Assembly: GCA_964016885.1 (NCBI GenBank)
Contig: OZ024740.1
Location: 263,252,001-263,316,000 of the forward strand
Length of the DNA: 64,000 bases
Direction of reading: 5' to 3'
DNA from: Eledone cirrhosa
Taxonomy: Eukaryota
Shown here: positions 60,076-64,000 of the stretch, in pieces
Position numbering within the stretch: position 1 is the first letter of the stretch
Layout of the letters: the number at the start of each line of letters is the position of its first letter
Notes under the pieces: model-generated
What the model was told of the DNA's origin: nothing
What the model saw: the letters and a program-made list of their open reading frames with translations, nothing else
Databases searched by the model: none
Position numbers and translations under genes: made by a program

Positions 60076-60488
60076 GCGGTGGATTGGCAGTATCGGTAGA
60101 GGGTCGGAGGCCATGCTTCGCAGCATAGATTTACAGCCCTATATGATCTGAGTTCAAATCCCGCCGAGGTTAACTTTGCCTTTCATCCTTACGGGGTCGA
60201 TAAAATAAAGTACCAGTCACGCTCTGGGATCGATTTAATCGATTATCCCCTCCCCCAAATTGCTGGCCCTGTGCCTATATAAGAAACGATTATTAGCGGT
60301 GGATTGGCAGTATCGGTAGAGGGTCGGACGCCATGCTTTGCAGCAAAGAGTTACGGCGCTTGTCATTCTGAGTTCAAATCCCGCCGAGGTTGACTCTGCC
60401 TTTCATCCTTACGGGGTCGATAAAATAAAGTACCAGTAATACACTGGGTATTTTGCTGGCCTTGTGCCTAAAGTAGAAACAATTATTA
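60076..60488 (+). mobile_element. Tandem pair of full-length SINEs (60076-60295 long-tail, 60296-60488 short-tail)
   Basis: Each has an A-box-like TGGCAGTATCGG, B-box GAGTTCAAATCC, the core GCCTTTCATCCTTACGGGGTCGATAAAATAAAGTACCAG and an ATTATTA end. Confidence 0.93.
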
Positions 60489-61563
60489 GCTAGAAGCCAA
60501 ACAGTGGTAGGGAATCAGAGCAAACTGAGTGTTCTATACTGGATCATATGTTATTAACCATGCTCGAGAACATTCCGAATATTTTGTTGCTTTTTTCACA
60601 AGATATGAGGATGAATATATCCACCACATAAATGGTGAAAGAGTTACAGGATTAGTAGATGTTGAATGCTCGACCTACCAGACGGTCTATAAAAAGGATG
60701 ACCTATGTTTCACTGATGAACTTTAATAAGACTGGAACTTATACATACTTGCCATTGTACCCCCTAACAAATATCAGTTTCCCCGATAATTAACTAATTT
60801 AAATAATTAGATTTAAATCGTAAACTGTTGAAATTAATGTCCCTGCACTTTGAGAGTTGCTAAATATCATCATTAGGTTTTTTGTTTTTCGTGCTACAGC
60901 TATGGGCATATATCCCATTAATCAACACATTCGTCTTCCACTGCATCACCTCGCGTTTAACATATTTAAATGTGTGTCATTTGCCAGACAGAACATCGGA
61001 TTGAGTTCGTTATATTATTCGTTCTGGCTTTCTGTGCTCTGAATTCAAGTCACGTTGAGATCAACTTTAAATTTCAGCAATTTGAGGTCAATAAATAAAG
61101 TTAATGTCTAGTACTACAGTCATTTCTTCCTCTATATTTATTTCTGAATACCACTCGCCCCTCTCTTTCCATCTCTCTAGCTTCCTCTAGAAGTAGTCTG
61201 CTATATTCAGAACTGAAGAAGAAAGGGACCATAAGTATCGATAGGGAGTAAAGTGCCATGTCATTGAATGGAAAAACATTTCCCTTCTTCAGATTCTTTT
61301 CCGTTATCCCATTATGTTTTAATCACCGTTGAGGAGGTCAAATAAAAGACAAAGATATTCATAGCTCACACTCTGCTCCCTAAAAAAGACCAACATTTCC
61401 ATATAACACATATTTTTTAATTATCTCCCATTTACCTTCTGCGTCGCTAATAATCAGCCCTAGATTTTTTTTAATTTCATACATCCATTTAATACAATAA
61501 ACTTATATTCACATATACAAGAATATATGTATGTATGTATGTATGATTTTTATATATATAAAC

Positions 61564-61594
<31 letters not shown>

Positions 61595-61607
61595 CACACA
61601 CACACAA

Positions 61608-61700
<93 letters not shown>

Positions 61701-62296
61701 TATATGTGTGTGTGTGTGTGTGTATGTGTGTGTATGTATGTGTGTGTATAAATATATATATATATATGTGTATGTATGTATCTGTATATACATATATATT
61801 ACTTTTTTTTCCATTTAGGTTTTAGCACTGAGACATCATTTTGAAACATTCCCGATTGAATTTCGTTTCTCGCATCAAAAATCTCGAGTAATTTTATTTC
61901 AAGAAAGAAATCAGTACAACAATCATAGAAAACGTAGCATAGCTAATTGATTTCTTGATTGATAAGAAAATGTAATATTGTTGCAGCATTTTGCTTGCAA
62001 TTATAACTACGGGCAATATTGGATATTTCTATAGAAATTCTTGGCTCATAATTCTCTTATCAAACATAAATATGAGACTGATGCTTCTCTATTACTGTAT
62101 AGTTGTGAACGAAAAAAATTAACGGAAAACCAAAGTGAGGATATGTATATGTTATAGACTAGCATGTATGTGTGAATGTATATATATATATATATACATG
62201 CACACACACATATATACATATATATATGTAAATGTATATGTATATATATATATATATACATGCACACACACATATATACATATATATATGTAAATG

Positions 62297-62402
<106 letters not shown>

Positions 62403-62406
62403 TATG

Positions 62407-62636
<230 letters not shown>

Positions 62637-63512
62637 TCTGCGAGGGTATATGTATGCGTACTGAAACATACTTTTTCTCTCTCTAAACTTTCTCATCATA
62701 CTCTTTATCTTTAACTCACTGATGTTCTGTCTGTTTCTCTCTCTCTCTCGATCTCTCTCGATCTCTCTTTCTCTCTCTCACTCTCTCTATATATGAGTAT
62801 ATACATTTATATATGTATATAAAGCGAAATACTGAACAGATATATACACGTATTGATACAAAGACAAGTATAATTGACACAATGCTTGCACTCAGTACCC
62901 AACAAAGCACATAGTAAAATATCAAAGTGGCAAATTGACCGAGCCTCTAGAATATCAAAAAGAAAGCCTGGCGGCATTTGTGCTTAGACTATGTACTCTT
63001 GGTTCAAACCTTCTGTACAACTTTGATTTCCATTCTTTCAAGGGTCTATAAATAATGGGTGTTGGATTGGTAGAATTCTTTTAAAATCAATGTGATGTCC
63101 CGCAGCACTCTATTCTATCTTTTAGCATTCTGACGAGGATGTCTCTGGTAAAATGTCTGCGAAGCTGTTGCGTTTCCCGCCACAAATATTGGTGGCATCA
63201 ATGAGATTTGGAAATAGGGCAACTCCTTGTCATCCCTAGATACATCTTGTCTAGATCTACCTTTTACCGAGAAACTATCCAATTTCATATCCACTATCTC
63301 AAGTGCAACACAGAAAAATATCATAACAAGATGCAAGTTATATATATATATATATATATTTATATGCGCGCGCGTACACAAACATACAAACACACACACG
63401 CATATATATGTATGTATATATATACATATATTATATAATGTAGGAGGTGAGTTTTGAAATGCACATAATAAAATACATGGAACTCTTTTAACCATCTTTT
63501 GTTCTTATATAT

Positions 63513-63596
<84 letters not shown>

Positions 63597-63619
63597 TGAA
63601 AACTCTGATAAGAGTATTT

Positions 63620-63830
63620 TAATAATTGATTGTCAGATTGCAGAAAATAGTGCACTTTTAGGCTACGGCCAGCCACATGAACCTGTAATATAACCTGAAC
63701 AATCAATGCCTGTGCAATGAAGTTTTTTAAGTTAGGAAAGGCCTTGCACTCGACTAATCCCACTCTCTGAGTATGGAAAATACAACCCGAAAAGAAGAAC
63801 AGGTCAACATTATCGGATGCTTTCGAAGCC
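63620..63830 (-). mobile_element. RTE-like remnant
   Basis: AAAGAAGAACAGGTCAACATTATCGGATGC matches 45428-45457. Peptide DNVDLFFFSG..RVGL. Confidence 0.45.
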
Positions 63831-63835
63831 GCAGA

Positions 63836-64000
63836 TTTGTCAGTGTTGAACAAACGAACAACGATGGTTGCTGGACACTACGGCTTAATGCGGGATGTTT
63901 GTTTACAAATACACCGAGCATTATAATAAATGTTCGGTGCACCCGGCCGATTAACCCACTCGATATGCAAATTGGGCTACTCAGCCGTTAATATGCATGA
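63836..64000 (+). mobile_element. Permuted homologue of the 254-nt HHR unit, cut by the window end
   Basis: TTTGTCAGTGTTGAACAAA..CTACGGCTTAA followed by TTCGGT..GCCGA.TAAC.CACTCGATATGCAAATT.GGCT..CAGCCGTTAATATGC. Confidence 0.65.

Noticed and set aside
60076-60170. tRNA genes at SINE heads
   Set aside because: A and B boxes are present, but there is no cloverleaf and each continues into a SINE body.

Overview
AT-rich, microsatellite-saturated, non-genic eukaryotic DNA. The SINE, LINE and Helitron repertoire looks like an octopod cephalopod (recognised from memory, not searched). No host gene can be supported, and nearly all long ORFs in the track are translated (TA)n/(CA)n. Recognisable elements: three RLE-type non-LTR retrotransposons (two R4/Dong-like, one of them with an uninterrupted ORF inside (TAA)n), at least 6 Penelope-like element (PLE) coding fragments (RT and GIY-YIG), about 15-20 tRNA-derived SINE copies, two non-autonomous Helitrons, a full-length dead mariner, RTE-derived bipartite elements and a 30-bp minisatellite. 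The main hidden layer is RNA-level: about 20 type I hammerhead ribozyme (HHR) motifs from roughly 10 unrelated sequence families, all folded by eye. Some sit in PLE termini. Others sit in non-coding units of 254 nt and 541 nt bounded by short direct repeats, one of which recurs circularly permuted, as expected for retrozyme/circRNA-like replicons. Core variants include a compensatory U3-A8 and a family-fixed U4A. PLE insertions repeatedly form fold-backs whose two arms end at two fixed family-specific sites, suggesting two-ended priming from a cut (TA)n target.
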